A DNA stretch of 64,000 bases from Phoronis australis (taxonomy: Eukaryota; Animalia; Phoronida). The position numbers were made by a program, and so were the translations under genes. This document shows positions 1 to 12,869 of the stretch, one piece after another. The stretch covers positions 2,211,935 to 2,275,934 of the forward strand of contig NMRA01000004.1 of NCBI GenBank assembly GCA_002633005.1, given 5' to 3'. Positions within the stretch are counted from its first letter, which is position 1. Every line of letters begins with the position of its first letter. The notes below the pieces were generated by a model that did no database searches, was not told the origin of the DNA, and was given only the letters and a program-made list of their open reading frames with translations.

Positions 1-802
1 CATTCAGGTCAAAAGAGGACCTCGCGAGATTTGTTCAATGTCCTCTAGTCAGTTCGATAGCCATTTTCGTGATTCTCAAATTTGAAGATACATGTACACG
101 GGACTGCACCTGCTCTCCGATACTCTTCACGGGGTTCTATTAGTGGTACAAACAATATTCACGAACAATTCAGGGTTTGTGTTCATATATTAGCGCGCGG
201 GTTCCCGCTTAATATAACCGAATCAGGCCTGCGGCGTTAACGTTGGTACTAGTTTTAATCAATTTTGCACAAGAATCACACCATCGTTCCGTTACACACT
301 GCATATTATTTGGCTAGGTAGAACATTTTATTTGTATAGGAATAGAATTTCTAAGATCTAATTACATATACATGTACACGACTATGAGGACACCAAACAT
401 GGATAACCGTTAAAACCCGTCATCGAAATAACTAAACAACATTTCGGTCTAGCTGTAAACGTTTCCTTCACATATTTCCATTTTTGACTACAGTGTACTT
501 GTGGTAAATCGTTCTCACGCTCACATTCAGAAACGAACGTCAAAACTATGTATCAAGGCTCCTTGACGATGGAAGCCACCCTCTTCAACATCCTCATCAT
601 CGTCTTCGTCGTCGTCGTCGTCGTCATAATCATCATCATGCTGCGGTGCGGTGGCGCCGACGGGTTCGATGGTGGCGGTGAAGCCTACAACAGAATTACA
701 AGTTTTGTTGGCGCTATTAAAGAAGCGGTTCATTAAAGCATTGAGAACTGGAACAGTGCCATCAACTGGGACTGCATCAGAAATGCTCATACAAAATCAG
801 AC

Positions 803-1067
803 ACACGCACGGGGGCTGAGGGGACTCGAACGATCCCACCCCCCCCCCCCTTTCACCATTTGGCGAAGTAGGCAAAAAGGTCCGCCTCAAAGAAACAAAA
901 AAAACTCCGAAAATAAGTAGAAAACAAGTCAAAAGTCCACTAAAAGACAGGAACTACCAAAATTCATAATGCATAAATCATATCTTTGAACGCACCCTAT
1001 GAATCTTAGTAAATGGTCCACATTCTCAAAAATTCGAGCCCCCATTTTTAGGCAGGGTGCGCGCATG
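803..1067. mobile_element. Short dispersed MITE-like element, copy 1
   Basis: Ends gggtgcgcgcatg; shares internal aaagtcca...gtccacattctcaaaaatt with 13455-13676. Confidence 0.55.
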
Positions 1068-3814
1068 ATACGTTAAGTAGCTGGAGTGAACTTTTGGGTA
1101 ACATGAGGAAGGGATTCACGGGCACTACAGCTAAGACCTCTCTGGCTGAACAGCATCGTATAAGTAAAGGTAAATGTATATTATTTAAAGTACACGCTGA
1201 GGTATGCAACTATTGTAAAGCACCCGATGACAAATTTCAAAATAACATCCCTCAACGATAAGTGGTGATAATATGGATTTCGATACATGTAAACAAATGT
1301 CAGTGCATTAATTCGATCCAGTGTGATATCCTCTGGAAAGTGCGAACAGATTATACATTAGAAACACGAATTGGAAACAATAACCGACAGACTGATAACT
1401 AATTTCGCGATCTTCGTCATTTAAACAAATCAGTGAGAACGTGGCATTGGGACATCACGTTGAAATCAGATTGATCGTCTGAACACAAAATATTGTATTG
1501 GCGTGTCATGCTGTTTTGCCAAAATGTAACGTGTCAAAACGAAGTAGTTTAGTACTCAGTTGAAACCGAGTTGGGCCTTATTAGGGATACAGGTACATAC
1601 ATGTAGGGTAATCGGGGAGGTGAGTCATAACAAATTTTTGGAGTTGTTATTTCCCTGTGATTATATTTATAGATTTTGCTGTTTACTTCAGTTATTACTC
1701 TAACGTCATCCGGTAGTAGTTAAGAAAGCAATGTTTACCGGAGCCAGGTGACCCTTGTGAGAAATGATAACCTTTTCGATATGGAATACATTTTGGTGTG
1801 GCCTGATCTTAAATAAAGTCATTTGTGAGATAATCAGCCGCTAGCAGCAGATTTGTAAACAAACGTACTCAAAATTATTTTCACAATGCGTGGCCTTGAA
1901 AATTCAATTTTTTTGATGAACGCAATTAGCGGCAAACTGAGATAAGTTCATGTCACAGAATTTGTAAATTGGAAAAAGTTTAAGAAATTCATTCGGTATA
2001 ATATCCTGCTCAACAAGAAGGATTGGTCTCCAAGTGCACCAGTGTACCAAAATCGTTGTTATAGCCGAATACGTGTACATGTACAGGTAACTCTGGGAAA
2101 GTGCGGATCCAGACTGAAAGCTAATGGCCCAGACACTATTATTTGTTTGTTGAGGGTTAATACCAACCCCCTGTCTCTGTTCATTGTTAGGCCCCTTTAG
2201 TCATTTTTTTCTTAATCCGCGCTTAGTAAGCCAAAAACATCTCGACTTTTAAAGATAACACTTCACGAAGCACAGATACTACTTTTGCAGAAGGTGTGCA
2301 ATGCGGTTCAGAGTCTGCACTTTTCGTCCTTATCTCGGTCTCTGGTGATGACGTCAAGTGAGATGCCTATCGCTGATGTCGATGAAAACAACGCACGACT
2401 AAGGGAAGGTTTAGTTCATCATTGCCATGGAATGCTTTATTATAGGATTGCTGTGCGATACAACTTGACCGAGAACGTGATCGGAGCACGTTGTGTGTGG
2501 CCTACACGTATGTGACTATCACCCATTGATCACGTGTTTTAAAAACTATGCATGCGATTTTACCTAGTATAAATGACTGAGATATGTTGTTATGTGCGAA
2601 GTGTTGCTCTACGTCTAACATATTGCAATAGGCTTCCCTCGATACCAATGGTTGACCTTTTCATAGTTTTAGTACAACATCCGTAAACATATTATTTTAA
2701 AAATCCTTGATGAATACAGAATCTTTATTTTATTTAAGCAACGCTCAAATGTTTGCAATCGCAAGACTAATGTGTATTTAAAACATGTATATTTTTACAC
2801 GGAAACTGTCACGATTTATCTCGCATGGCATTTGCAAATTACGTTTCTTTATTTCCTTTAACAATTTAATTAGTATTTTCTTTTCGAAAGAAGGCCTTTT
2901 AGCCTGAGAACTCCACGGTTAAAATTGAAAATGATATGGTTTCGGATTTTTTTGACAGATTAGCTCTATTGCTAAAGGGCCGTAATAAAGGGATTTGACA
3001 TAGTTTACAAAAAACCCTGAAACAATTGTTGCTTTGCAACAAACGCAAGTGGATATAGTTTCTACTTTAAGAAGGTTGATTTTGCGTTGTATTTTTTATA
3101 AGACGTCTTTAAAAAAGCGTGCAACATTTCACAATGACATCATACTGAAAAATAGCCAAACCCAGCCTTCCGTTCAATAAGGAAATCGCTTCGAAACGCT
3201 TCGCGACATTGTCAGACTTGAGCACGCTCTCGCGGAAAGCCTTTTCCTTCTTGGCGGGGTTTCTTGCAGATGGAAACCAACTCGTTCATTATCGACGTCT
3301 ATCCATTCGAAGCACTTCCTTATTGAACGAATGACAGTTGCCTACGTTCGATTTTTTGCTGTTGGGTATTGACGATAACGTGGACAGCATGCATTCATCC
3401 GAAATCCAGAACACGAATAGACTGATGAGAATTTTCTTGCACATTCATTATCTCACAAATAATAACTCTCCGTCATCTGCATTTATCGGTTTGCCGAAGC
3501 AAGAATTTGGAAAAAAATTAAGGAAAATTTGCTACGGACATATGCTGAGCCATTATTGTGACGACTTGGTTAGATGAGGCCAAAGGTAACATATTGCTTC
3601 TCTGACCTCCTAGTGATCAAAGTTCTCGACTTGGAATCCGAGATCCGTAGGCCTGTTCGTGAAAAATCTAAGGCACGAGTTATTAGTAGACCTAAGCTGT
3701 TGCAGTGAATGTAACCGGGGTAGTGGGTATAGATCGGCAGCCCAGGGCACTTATCATATATGAACGAGGTACCAACATCTCACCATGGGAGCACTTAGAG
3801 TTCACCTCATTATG

Positions 3815-3988
3815 CAAGGGCGGATCCAGGATTTTGAGTTGGGGGGGGGGGGGGGGGGGGNGTGTCAGGGCGGAGTATAAGCCAGGATTTTGCCAGTCAG
3901 ACATTCGCACGTCCGAACTGCCAAATGGAATCTGGGAGAATTTTAGAGGAGACCATGGCCCCCTTTGTCCCCTCTAAATCCACCACTG
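3815..3988. mobile_element. Short MITE-like element (CARGGCGGATCC type) nested in the left Academ TIR
   Basis: caagggcggatcc...aatccaccactg ends with a G-run inside; absent from the matching right TIR. Confidence 0.6.
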
Positions 3989-5321
3989 GTATATACGGAA
4001 ATGGACGTCTGTCGTCCTCTGCTCTGTGGGTGAGACTCTTGGGGACCTTACAATGGGGTAAAAAATGACTTATCCTCGATATTGGAGGTACTGGCCAAAA
4101 CTGATTTAAAACTGACGAACAATAGTACAGCACTGAACACCGAATGACCAATGGCAGACAAATTACACTCTGGTATGTGTCCGGTAGAAACCAAAAAAGA
4201 CCCCCCGCAATATGAGCTACCTCATACAAAGTTCGAGGTACCACAAAAACATTTCCATGTGATTCAACACATGCCAACGATCACTATATGCCCCATGACA
4301 GACAAAATGCATTCTGTATTGTGCCCGCCAGAAACCCCCAAAATGTAAACCACCGTATGCCATTGAAAATTTGAGCTAGATTAGATACTCGAGGTATCAG
4401 CTAAAACTGATTTAAGACGAATAATAGTACCGCACTGAACACCGAATGACCAATGACAGACAAATTGCACACTGGAAAGGGTCCGCTAGAAACCCAAAAA
4501 GACCCGCAAAAATGAGCTAGGACATACATTCGAGGTACCACAAAAACCAATTCCTTGTGATTCAATACAAGCCCAGTGACAGACAAAATAAGCTCTGGGT
4601 TGTGCCCGCCAGAACCCCCTCCCCCCTCCCAAAATGTCAGGCACTGCATGCCATTGAAAATTTGAGCTAGATTAGATATTCGAGATACCAGCTACACTTG
4701 AACGCTCTCCTTGCTTAACATTGATAACAGCGTCACACTATGGCTGACTACCAAATGGATGCTGTCGGAAAGTAAGCATTGTGGAAAATACCTAATAAAC
4801 TTTGGGATACCAGGAGCTGTCAAAAACAACCCATTAAGCGATGGTTAAGACTGCAGCTACTGTAGCATAATAAGCTATGGAACCTGTCCCGTTTTTTTTT
4901 CCATTTTTGTCGGGAAAATATGGCTATGTCGCAATGGAAATTACAATAGTACATTACAGTACATGTACGTCAATTTAGCCGTGCGTCGATCAAAAAATGA
5001 GACATTTAGATGGTGTGTCGGAATGGTGGAAAACATCAAAAAATGGGACAGTCCGCAAAGAGCCTTCCAATTGGAAAATACACATTACGCTGGCAGCAAC
5101 ACGAAGTACTGGATTGGGTTCTTTTACAAGGTAAACTATTATTTTTTTTAAAATTTGGTTTACGGATGTGGTCAAGTACTACAGATAACAGTAGGTATAG
5201 GTAAATAATACAGAATAACAAAGTTACTTAAACACACCTGTTTGTATCGCCTAAACTTTTCATTTATGACAAATGTAACTTCTTTCCGTAAAACAGCGTA
5301 GCACGCATTTAACACCCAAAA

Positions 5322-5620
5322 ATGTTGAAAAACTCCTGGTATGCAGAACGGGACATTTTAAGGACAAACTGGCAACCTTCCTCCTACAAGAATGGCCGAA
5401 AGATCTATATGTACCGTTTCTTGGGGAGAAAACACTTGTTGCCTGACATGACGACAAACGGTATTTGCCTTTCTTATAGTGGTGCTGTGGCATCTGATCA
5501 TCCACTGGATTCTCAGGGTTGCCATGATGAGGTCCGCACGCTTCTTGCCTTCCACTGTGCTAACTGTGGCAATGCATTGGTCAGGGCCTCTGACACGGAT
5601 GTCTTTGTAATTGTCGGGTG
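5322..5620 (+). pseudogene. Fragment of an Academ-type XPG/PIN-like nuclease domain
   Basis: CHDEVRTLLAFHCAN..ALVRASDTDVFVI matches the HEEADTxxxxH...VxSxDTDV motif; truncated. Confidence 0.7.
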
Positions 5621-7461
5621 GCCATTTGAAAGCGTTGTGATGACTACTTTTAGATTTTTAAAAACGGGTCTGTTGCTTTTCTTTAAAAGCATTGTTTAGT
5701 AATCAACGTAAGGAAAGAACTCTTTGGAAATCGTTTTCATGGCCAGTTCCTCGATCTAACGCAAATTTAGGGCCATGTGGTGTCGCTGAAGTATGTCTTT
5801 CTTGCTGGCACTTTCCATAGCTCATTGTACTACTCATCACTCGATAGGTTGTTTTTTTGACAATTACTGGTATCCCAAAGATTTAGTATTATCGGGTATT
5901 TTCCAACATGCTTACTGTCCACCACCATCCATTTAACACTCATTATTCATTTTAAGCAAAGAGACAGTTCAGTACACGCGAAAGTGCTACGGAAATAGAA
6001 GAATTCGCCATAAACTGCAAACGAAGCACGTGATTACACCTTCCTTAATGAAATTCTTGATTCTACAAAGCTCTACCAAACTTTAACTGGGATCACCATA
6101 GTCTAATTAATGTATCACACGTTTTTAAACAGAATTACGTGGTTGAGATTTCTGGGGCTGGCATGCTCAACCCAGAATGGGGTTTAGTCTGTCACAGGCT
6201 ATTTTGTAACCAGTAACCTCTATTTGAATCGCAAGGAATTGTTTATTGTGGTACCTCGAATATATACAGTATGAGCCAGCTCCTTTTTGGGCGTCGTTTT
6301 TGAATTTCTGGCGGACTCTTTCCAGAGTGCAATTTGTCTGTCATGGTTTATTCGGTTATCACTGTGGTAATATTGTTCGTGTAAATCGGGTTTGATTGGT
6401 AGCACAAATATCTAACTTAGTGGTTGACGTTTTTGGGAGTTTCTGGGGGGCACAACACAGAGTTTATTTTGTCCGTCATGGACATTCAGTCATCAGTGAC
6501 ATGAACATCGAATGTATGAGCTAGCTCATTTTTGCGGGTCTTTTTTGAGTTTTTGGCGGACCCATTTCAGAGTGCAACTTGTCTGTCATGGGTCATTCGC
6601 CTTGGTGTTCAGTGCGGTAATATTAATCATTTTAAATCAGTTTTAGGTTGTACCTCGAATATCTAATCTAGCTGAAATTTTCAATGTCATGTACGGTGGT
6701 TGACATTTTTGGGGGTTTCTGCCGGGCACAACCCAGAGTTTTTTGTGTGTCATGGGGCATTTAGTGAGCAGTGACATGTGTTGAATCCCATGCAATTGTT
6801 TTTTGTGGTACCTCGAATGTATGAGCTAGCTCATTTTTGGGGGTCTTCTTTTGGTTTCTGCCGGACCTATTCCCGAGTGCAATTTGTCAGTCATGGGTCA
6901 TTAGGTGTTCAGTGCGGTACTATAGTTTGTTTTAAATAAATTTTGGCCGGTAGGCCTACCTCGAATATCTAGTCTAGCTCATTTTTTGACCCCCTTGTAA
7001 GATCCCCAGTGGTCGCACCCAGAGTGCAGACAACGTTAGATGTCCAATTCCTTATATACTGAGATGGACTCTATGTGTCAGATGTTAGAACATCGTTCAT
7101 CTATGCTAAGTGCTCTGGGCTTCCGGTCTAGTACATGTACGTGGCGCTGACGTTTCAAATTTCTGGTACAAATTTAAGTCTCTTTTTTCAATATTTTGAT
7201 GTAATTATTTTGTAGTCCTATATTAACTGAAGTTAGACAGTATGAAATTGCGGTGAGAGGTCAACATCGGATAAAAATTTCGACCTGATAATACGCGTAC
7301 CCGACTTACTACGAAAAAGTCGCAATACAAGAAGATATAATTCACCCTCGTTTTTCCAGATCCTATGTACTTACATGTACACCTACATGTATGGGTAGTG
7401 TTTTAAAGTCCTCAATGATTATAGACATGGGGCATATTTTGAGCTGTTGGTATACATTTAA

Positions 7462-9686
7462 AGGAGCATGCCACCCAAAAAACAACCTAAATTGTATCAA
7501 TTTAGATCGAGTAGTTCTACTCCATAACGACACGTACGGTTGCGTTACCTGACACCTGACGGCAGACGGAGGTGTTGAAATTATCCAATGACGTCAGCGG
7601 TTTCACACGCAGTCTGTTCAGCAGTTCACAACACGGGTTACTGGTGTCGGCTTATCGCTTGAAGTCATCGTTTACCACCAATAAATCATCAAACTGCGAT
7701 GTAAAAGCCTTAAAAATACACCGAGTTCTTATAAAAACGTGTTGTTTTACTTCGCTCTTTCGGATTTATTGGTATTTGGACACACCGTAGTCTACAAAGT
7801 TCGGCAGGCCAAAAAGGTCATAGCAGGAATTTGGGGTCTGTTCGGAGAAAATTTCGAAGTATTTTCCGTGAGATACAGACACGAGAACCTAGATCTGTGT
7901 TGTCTAGACTTGTGATTTTTTAGTTTTAAACACAAAACTCTTGTTATCCTGGCCAGTGGCTCGGAGCCCGATCAGGCCCGGCGTCGCGGCCGGCCGGATT
8001 GACTCGTTATCGATACCGGCCAGTGGCTCGGAAACTGATCAGACATCAAGAACATAAACCAGCCAAACTTCAGTGGAAATTAAACTTCCAGTCAAGAAAA
8101 TACTATACTAGTGAGCCAAAGTAATGTGCACGTGATTATGTTGGTGAATTAGCCACGAAACTTCAAATCTACTTCAAGTTACTCGTCGGGGGCCGTGAAT
8201 TCCGGGCTCCGTCATCGTTTAACACCAATAAATTAACAAACTTCGATGTAAAACGCTTAAAAATAAACCGAGTTCTTATCAAAAACGTGTTGTTTTATTT
8301 CGCTGTTACTGAATTATTGTATATGGGCACACTGTCACGGTAGCCTACACAGTTCGGCAGGCCAATTTACCAAGCACCGTAGCAGAAGTTTGGGGTCTGT
8401 TCGGTGATAAATTCGAAGTATAGTATTCTTCCGTGACGCAGGAGAACCTAGATCTGTCTTGTTTAGACTTGTGATTTTTTGAGTTATCCCGGCCAGTGGC
8501 TCGGAATCCGATCAGACCCGTCGCGGCCGGACTGACTAGTTATCCCTGCCAGTGGCTCGGAACCCGCCGGAACTGGCATGAACATAAGCCAGTTTGAGTT
8601 GGAAACTAAACCTTCAGTTGCGAAAAGACTATAATAGTGAGCCAAAGAAATAATGTGCACGTAATATTATTCATGAGAAATAGCCAAGAAACTGGAAATC
8701 TACTTACTTAATTGTCGGGTGCCGCGAAGTCGGGTTCCCTTCTACAGGCCATCAGGGCAAAGGCTGTGCAGTAACAATGATATGAATAATGTATTTGTAT
8801 TTGTATTTCTAAATAAAGATTCCCCTAACATGTGACCATTGCATATGAAATCGAGAAATTGTTTTGCAACAGCTTTCTGTCACCAAACACTAAATTAGCA
8901 TGTGCTCACACGGCCTCGGTGTCCGGTCAATTACCTTTATTGCCTGCAGCAAACGCCGGCAACGCAGTGGTTTATTCAATGCTGGCTTCTCAAAACATAT
9001 GCATTCACGAATACTGCAAAGGCATTACAAACTGTGTCTAATGAGACAGAATTTGTTTCACTTTTATATAAGCATTAGATAGATGAGAATAATTCATTTT
9101 GAAACAGAACGCAGAATAATAAACGTCTACATGGCAATTCGCCCGGCGCCAATCCCGACAAAGAGTTCATCCGACGAAGACTTCACTGGTCGGATCGTTA
9201 GGTTTCACAAGGTATCAGTACTAACCGGAATACATTGATCAAGAAATACTAGACAGGCGCCGTGAACATGCACAGATAACGGAACGTGTGGATAGTTCTT
9301 TTGGTAAGCCGGAATTCGTCACAGAAACCACTGTCGACGAAATGCCGGCCACGACAGACATGGAGATGCTGGCGGCCTCATACTTGCTATTAACAGCGTA
9401 CCTTTCATTCACCGCGAGCCACTTCCTAAGCATTTCGGGCTCTCGAGGAAGTCGAAAAAACTTTATTCGCAGCTTCATAGTTCGGACAATCGGGAACGAT
9501 GCACCACAATATATAGCGGCATTCACTCTGCAGACGAACCACTGACGTCGCTGCGTCGTTTCTCACCTTCCTCACAGGTTAATGCGACACCTCTCGGCAA
9601 CGTGAGGTCGACCGTATAAAAGGCGATGTGGATCAAGTCCGATTATGACGGCAAAAAAGACTAATTAAATCGGGTGGCATTCTCCT
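7462..9686 (-). mobile_element. Kolobok-like DNA transposon, decayed
   Basis: TTAA|AGGAGCATGCCACCC ... GGGTGGCATTCTCCT|TTAA (TTAA TSD, 15-bp TIR with one mismatch); THAP remnant; internal ~530-bp tandem duplication (~7665-8190 and ~8210-8740). Confidence 0.8.
9270..9525 (-). pseudogene. Frameshifted THAP zinc-finger domain
   Basis: Joining frames gives CIVPDCPNY...FFRLPREPEMLRKWL...VCRGRHF, the THAP C-C-(W)-C-HF signature. Confidence 0.75.
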
Positions 9687-9980
9687 TTAAGTATGGCTTC
9701 TTTTTCTACATGTTGTCCTGGTATATAGGTTGGAAGCCCAACTACATCACCCTACAATAAAACATCATTTCCTAGCAGTACTTTGAACTTCATCAAATTA
9801 AAACCTTATTTTAAACGAATGTTTTCTGGAATTTAAAGAAAATGACAAACCTTGAATGTTCTACTAATTTCTCAAACGCCGTGACATCAGAGACTGCTTG
9901 AGTTGTCAGGTTGACCTATAAAGACAGTCGTATAGATTTGATTATCACACAAAACTCCAGGGTGACAAACATGCCCTCTC

Positions 9981-10465
9981 CAGTGGCGGATCTACGTTTT
10001 CAGTAAAAGGGGNGGGGGGTTAGGACTCCCGCAAAGGTCGAATCCGAGGCGCGTCTCTCAGGGGCGGACTTGTTTGCCAACTTCGCCAAATGGAGCCCCC
10101 CCGGGTGCGCGCATGAATTACCTAAAGAAATCAACTATAGAGCTGCTCTTTCAGCGGTGGATCTCGAGTACTTGGCTACTTCAGAAGTGTAGACGGAAGC
10201 GCGCGCACAATTGATCTTCGCGCGTTTTACCGATGAGCCACGAAGACTCGAACTACTTCGATTTTCATAACAGCAATTCCTAATGCAAAAAGTTATATTT
10301 TCAGGGTGAGCCCCCCCTCAATTTTTTCCAAGTTGGTTTGCTTGGGGTTTACACACGCTGGCGGTGCCGTTTTTGTTTAGCTGGAGACGTTTTTGGTTTT
10401 TTATTTTTGGGTCCTGGCCCAAGGGGGGGTTTAAACCCCCTGAACCCCCCGTAGATCCGCCACTG
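9981..10465. mobile_element. MITE with perfect 16-bp TIRs
   Basis: CAGTGGCGGATCTACG ... CGTAGATCCGCCACTG; no clear TSD. Confidence 0.7.
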
Positions 10466-11049
10466 GTCTCAACTTGATGAATAAATAATTTCACTGCAAA
10501 ACAAGCAGTCATGGTGTAACCCCTGACTGTCTTAATTTTTAAACAGTCTGATGGCTGACAAAAGATTTTTTATTAATAAGATAAATGAAGAGAGTTCAGA
10601 GGAAACAAGAACAATACAACAAATGGCCAGTTTGAAAATACATGTGGTAAGCACATCAATGTGTATACACTTCAATTTCCTTGAACATGACTGGCTCAGT
10701 AAATCAATTGTGGCAAGTTGCCTGTTTTAAGCAAAGTTATGAGGTCCTATTGTTAATGAATAATACGATTTTTTGCAACAAATGACAGGACTTATCCAGT
10801 GTAATATTACTCTGTCAATTTATTTTCATCAGCATAATAGAATGTACATTTGGCTCATGTGCAGTGACTACACCTTTTGTTGGCCATCTTAATTTTTTAC
10901 TAGAATAACTTTGGTTAGGGCCAGCGACAACATCACTAGCACATATGTTCAAGCGTGTTTGCAGGGTAATCAGGCAGTGGAGGATCTAGGATATCACAAG
11001 GGGGGGGGGGGCAACATTTTGTCTGTAAACATTCGCTCCAAGCACGATT

Positions 11050-11846
11050 NNNNNNNNNNNNNNNNNNNNNNCGCCCAGGAATTTTTTTCTGTTTTTTTCC
11101 TCTAAAAATCAAGCATTTTCCTTGATTCCCGAAGTATTATCCAAGAAAAAAAGGCAAAAAAAAAAAACGCGGAGAAAGTGTCAAACAGGAAAAACTGCTT
11201 GTACCACACACCCGAACTCACGACATGGCGGTGAGAACGCAAGTGCTTTACAACTGCACCACCACGATTGAACTGCTATTTTGATACCAAGAGACCTACT
11301 TGATTATGGTCCACAGAGTTTGCGCGCGAAACCTCCTTCTTTTTGTAATGCTTATTACATGTTTTATATTTTGTGAATCAGTTCGTAATAAATTTGTTGT
11401 ATTTTAAAAAGTCTTCAATTGCCCAAAAGACCAAATCCGTTTTTTGGGTTGGCAAAAATGACGCGATTGACTTTGGAAATCGTCTTAAGTTAAGATGTGA
11501 CAAAGAGAGAATTATGAGTTTCTGAGTGATTCACTGAGGCTTCGACTGAAATTGACATCTTACCAGCAGCTTCTGTTTTTTCATCATCACTCAGATTCCA
11601 TTTTCTTTAACAAATGAAGCAATTTTCTTCATTGTACAGTGGCCGGGAGCAGCGGACGGAAACGGAGTTGTAGTGTCCAGCGCCACTGCCGGTCGCCTGG
11701 GCTGCAAGAGAGCCATCGTTCCGTTACGATTGCGCCGTGTTCCGAATTTGACACTTGAAATTGGATCTGACCCNNNNNNNNNNNNNNNNNNNNNNNNNNN
11801 NNNNNNNNNNNNNNNNNNNNNNNNNNNNNNNNNNNNNNNNNNNNNN
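11050..11846. other. Assembly gaps (N runs at 11050-11071 and 11774-11846) near G-run-containing repeats
   Basis: Ns are visible; single Ns also at 3861, 10013 and 49931. Confidence 0.95.
11205..11266 (-). pseudogene. Degenerate tRNA-Glu(CTC)-like sequence or SINE head
   Basis: Reverse strand gtggtgcagttg (A-box-like), ttctcaccgcc (anticodon-arm-like), gagttcg (B-box-like); acceptor stem not intact. Confidence 0.35.
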
Positions 11847-12737
11847 GGCGGGGGGGGGGGGGGGGGCGGCCCCCTGCCCCCCTAAATATGCCTATGTCAG
11901 GCAAGGGATAGAAATTGAATAAAAATGATCCATCTTGTGCTTCAGGTGTTAAATAAAAAATGTCTTCGTTCGTGGTAGTTTTAAACTATCATAGTTTAAA
12001 ACTCACCGTGGATTGGTTGAAATCAAGAGTTAGTAAGCGAAACACCATCTTCAATCCATATTCCAAACAACTGAATCAATGGCTGACGAATTAATCTAAT
12101 GATTTTACAAATAAACTGACACCCACACTAGATGTTTTCCACCGTACCAAAATTTTGAAGCCGGCCAGCTGCCGGTGTACCACTATTGGTATTTTTGAAT
12201 TCTTCTTGCGAAATAAAAAATCCAATGAACACTAAACTGTGTAGTGTTACTATGATGCCTGAACAGCTCAACAACAAATGAAGAATGTTTATGCAGCCTG
12301 TAAAAGTTTTCACTTCTTAAAGAAGTTATGCAACTTTCACTTGACAGATGATCCTTGCCAGAAAGATTAAACGTTAATTAGCCTATACATGTACATGTAT
12401 GTATGTTTGGAACAAGTTTAAGGTCACGATGAGCCAACCCAGGGAGTAATTTGACCAGAGACAGTAGAGGTTTAACAGTGTTAGATTCGCTGAAGTTGAA
12501 TTTCCTCTTTTTTAGTTAAGATATTTAAATACTCATGAGGTAATTATTACCAAAGGTCTATTCCAAGTTCAAAGTTCACCCACAGCAGCGCTCCCTTTGG
12601 CAATCTATTTTCATCGCTAGGTGGCTAAACAACTTGATTCAAGATTTTCGGCGCTGTCGTGTTGTGAGAACTCGTGTTTTCTGCGAAATTTTAGGCTTGT
12701 TGCTTGGTCTGTTTGTGTAGTGGATTTGCCTGAAGCC

Positions 12738-12869
12738 ATGCCGGCGAAAAAGCAGCAACGTAACGCCTTCTATTTCTACATGCAAGAGTTAATGCCCGAG
12801 CTGAGAAGAGAAGGCCGAATTTTAAATGGAATGGCAGACGTGGTTCCGATCGCACACCCTCGCTACAAG
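12738..12869 (+). CDS. MAEL: maelstrom exon 1 (HMG box, N-terminal half)
   Basis: gccATG start; MPAKKQQRNAFYFYMQELMPELRREGRILNGMADVVPIAHPRYK; donor aag|gtatat. Confidence 0.93.

Larger units (their letters stand above)
3730..7130. mobile_element. Academ-like DNA transposon, internally deleted and non-autonomous
   Basis: Long imperfect TIRs (>1 kb, built of ~270-300 bp subrepeats) starting TAGATCGGCAGCCC and ending GGGCTTCCGGTCTA; 3-bp direct repeat GTA on both flanks; internal XPG/PIN-like remnant. TAG termini, a 3-bp TSD and an XPG-like domain fit Academ. Confidence 0.75.

Noticed and set aside
527-920. Overlapping ORFs with a poly-Asp/Glu or poly-Val/Ile tract
   Set aside because: They arise from a (GTC/ATC)n trinucleotide tract. 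I found no recognisable domain or reliable splice partners, though an exon of a gene outside the window cannot be excluded.
3160-3480. Coding-looking, moderately GC-rich minus-strand stretch
   Set aside because: Only short (~50 codon) open frames, with no motif or convincing splice sites.
11205-11266. Functional tRNA gene
   Set aside because: The acceptor and T stems do not pair; kept only as a low-confidence tRNA-derived relic.
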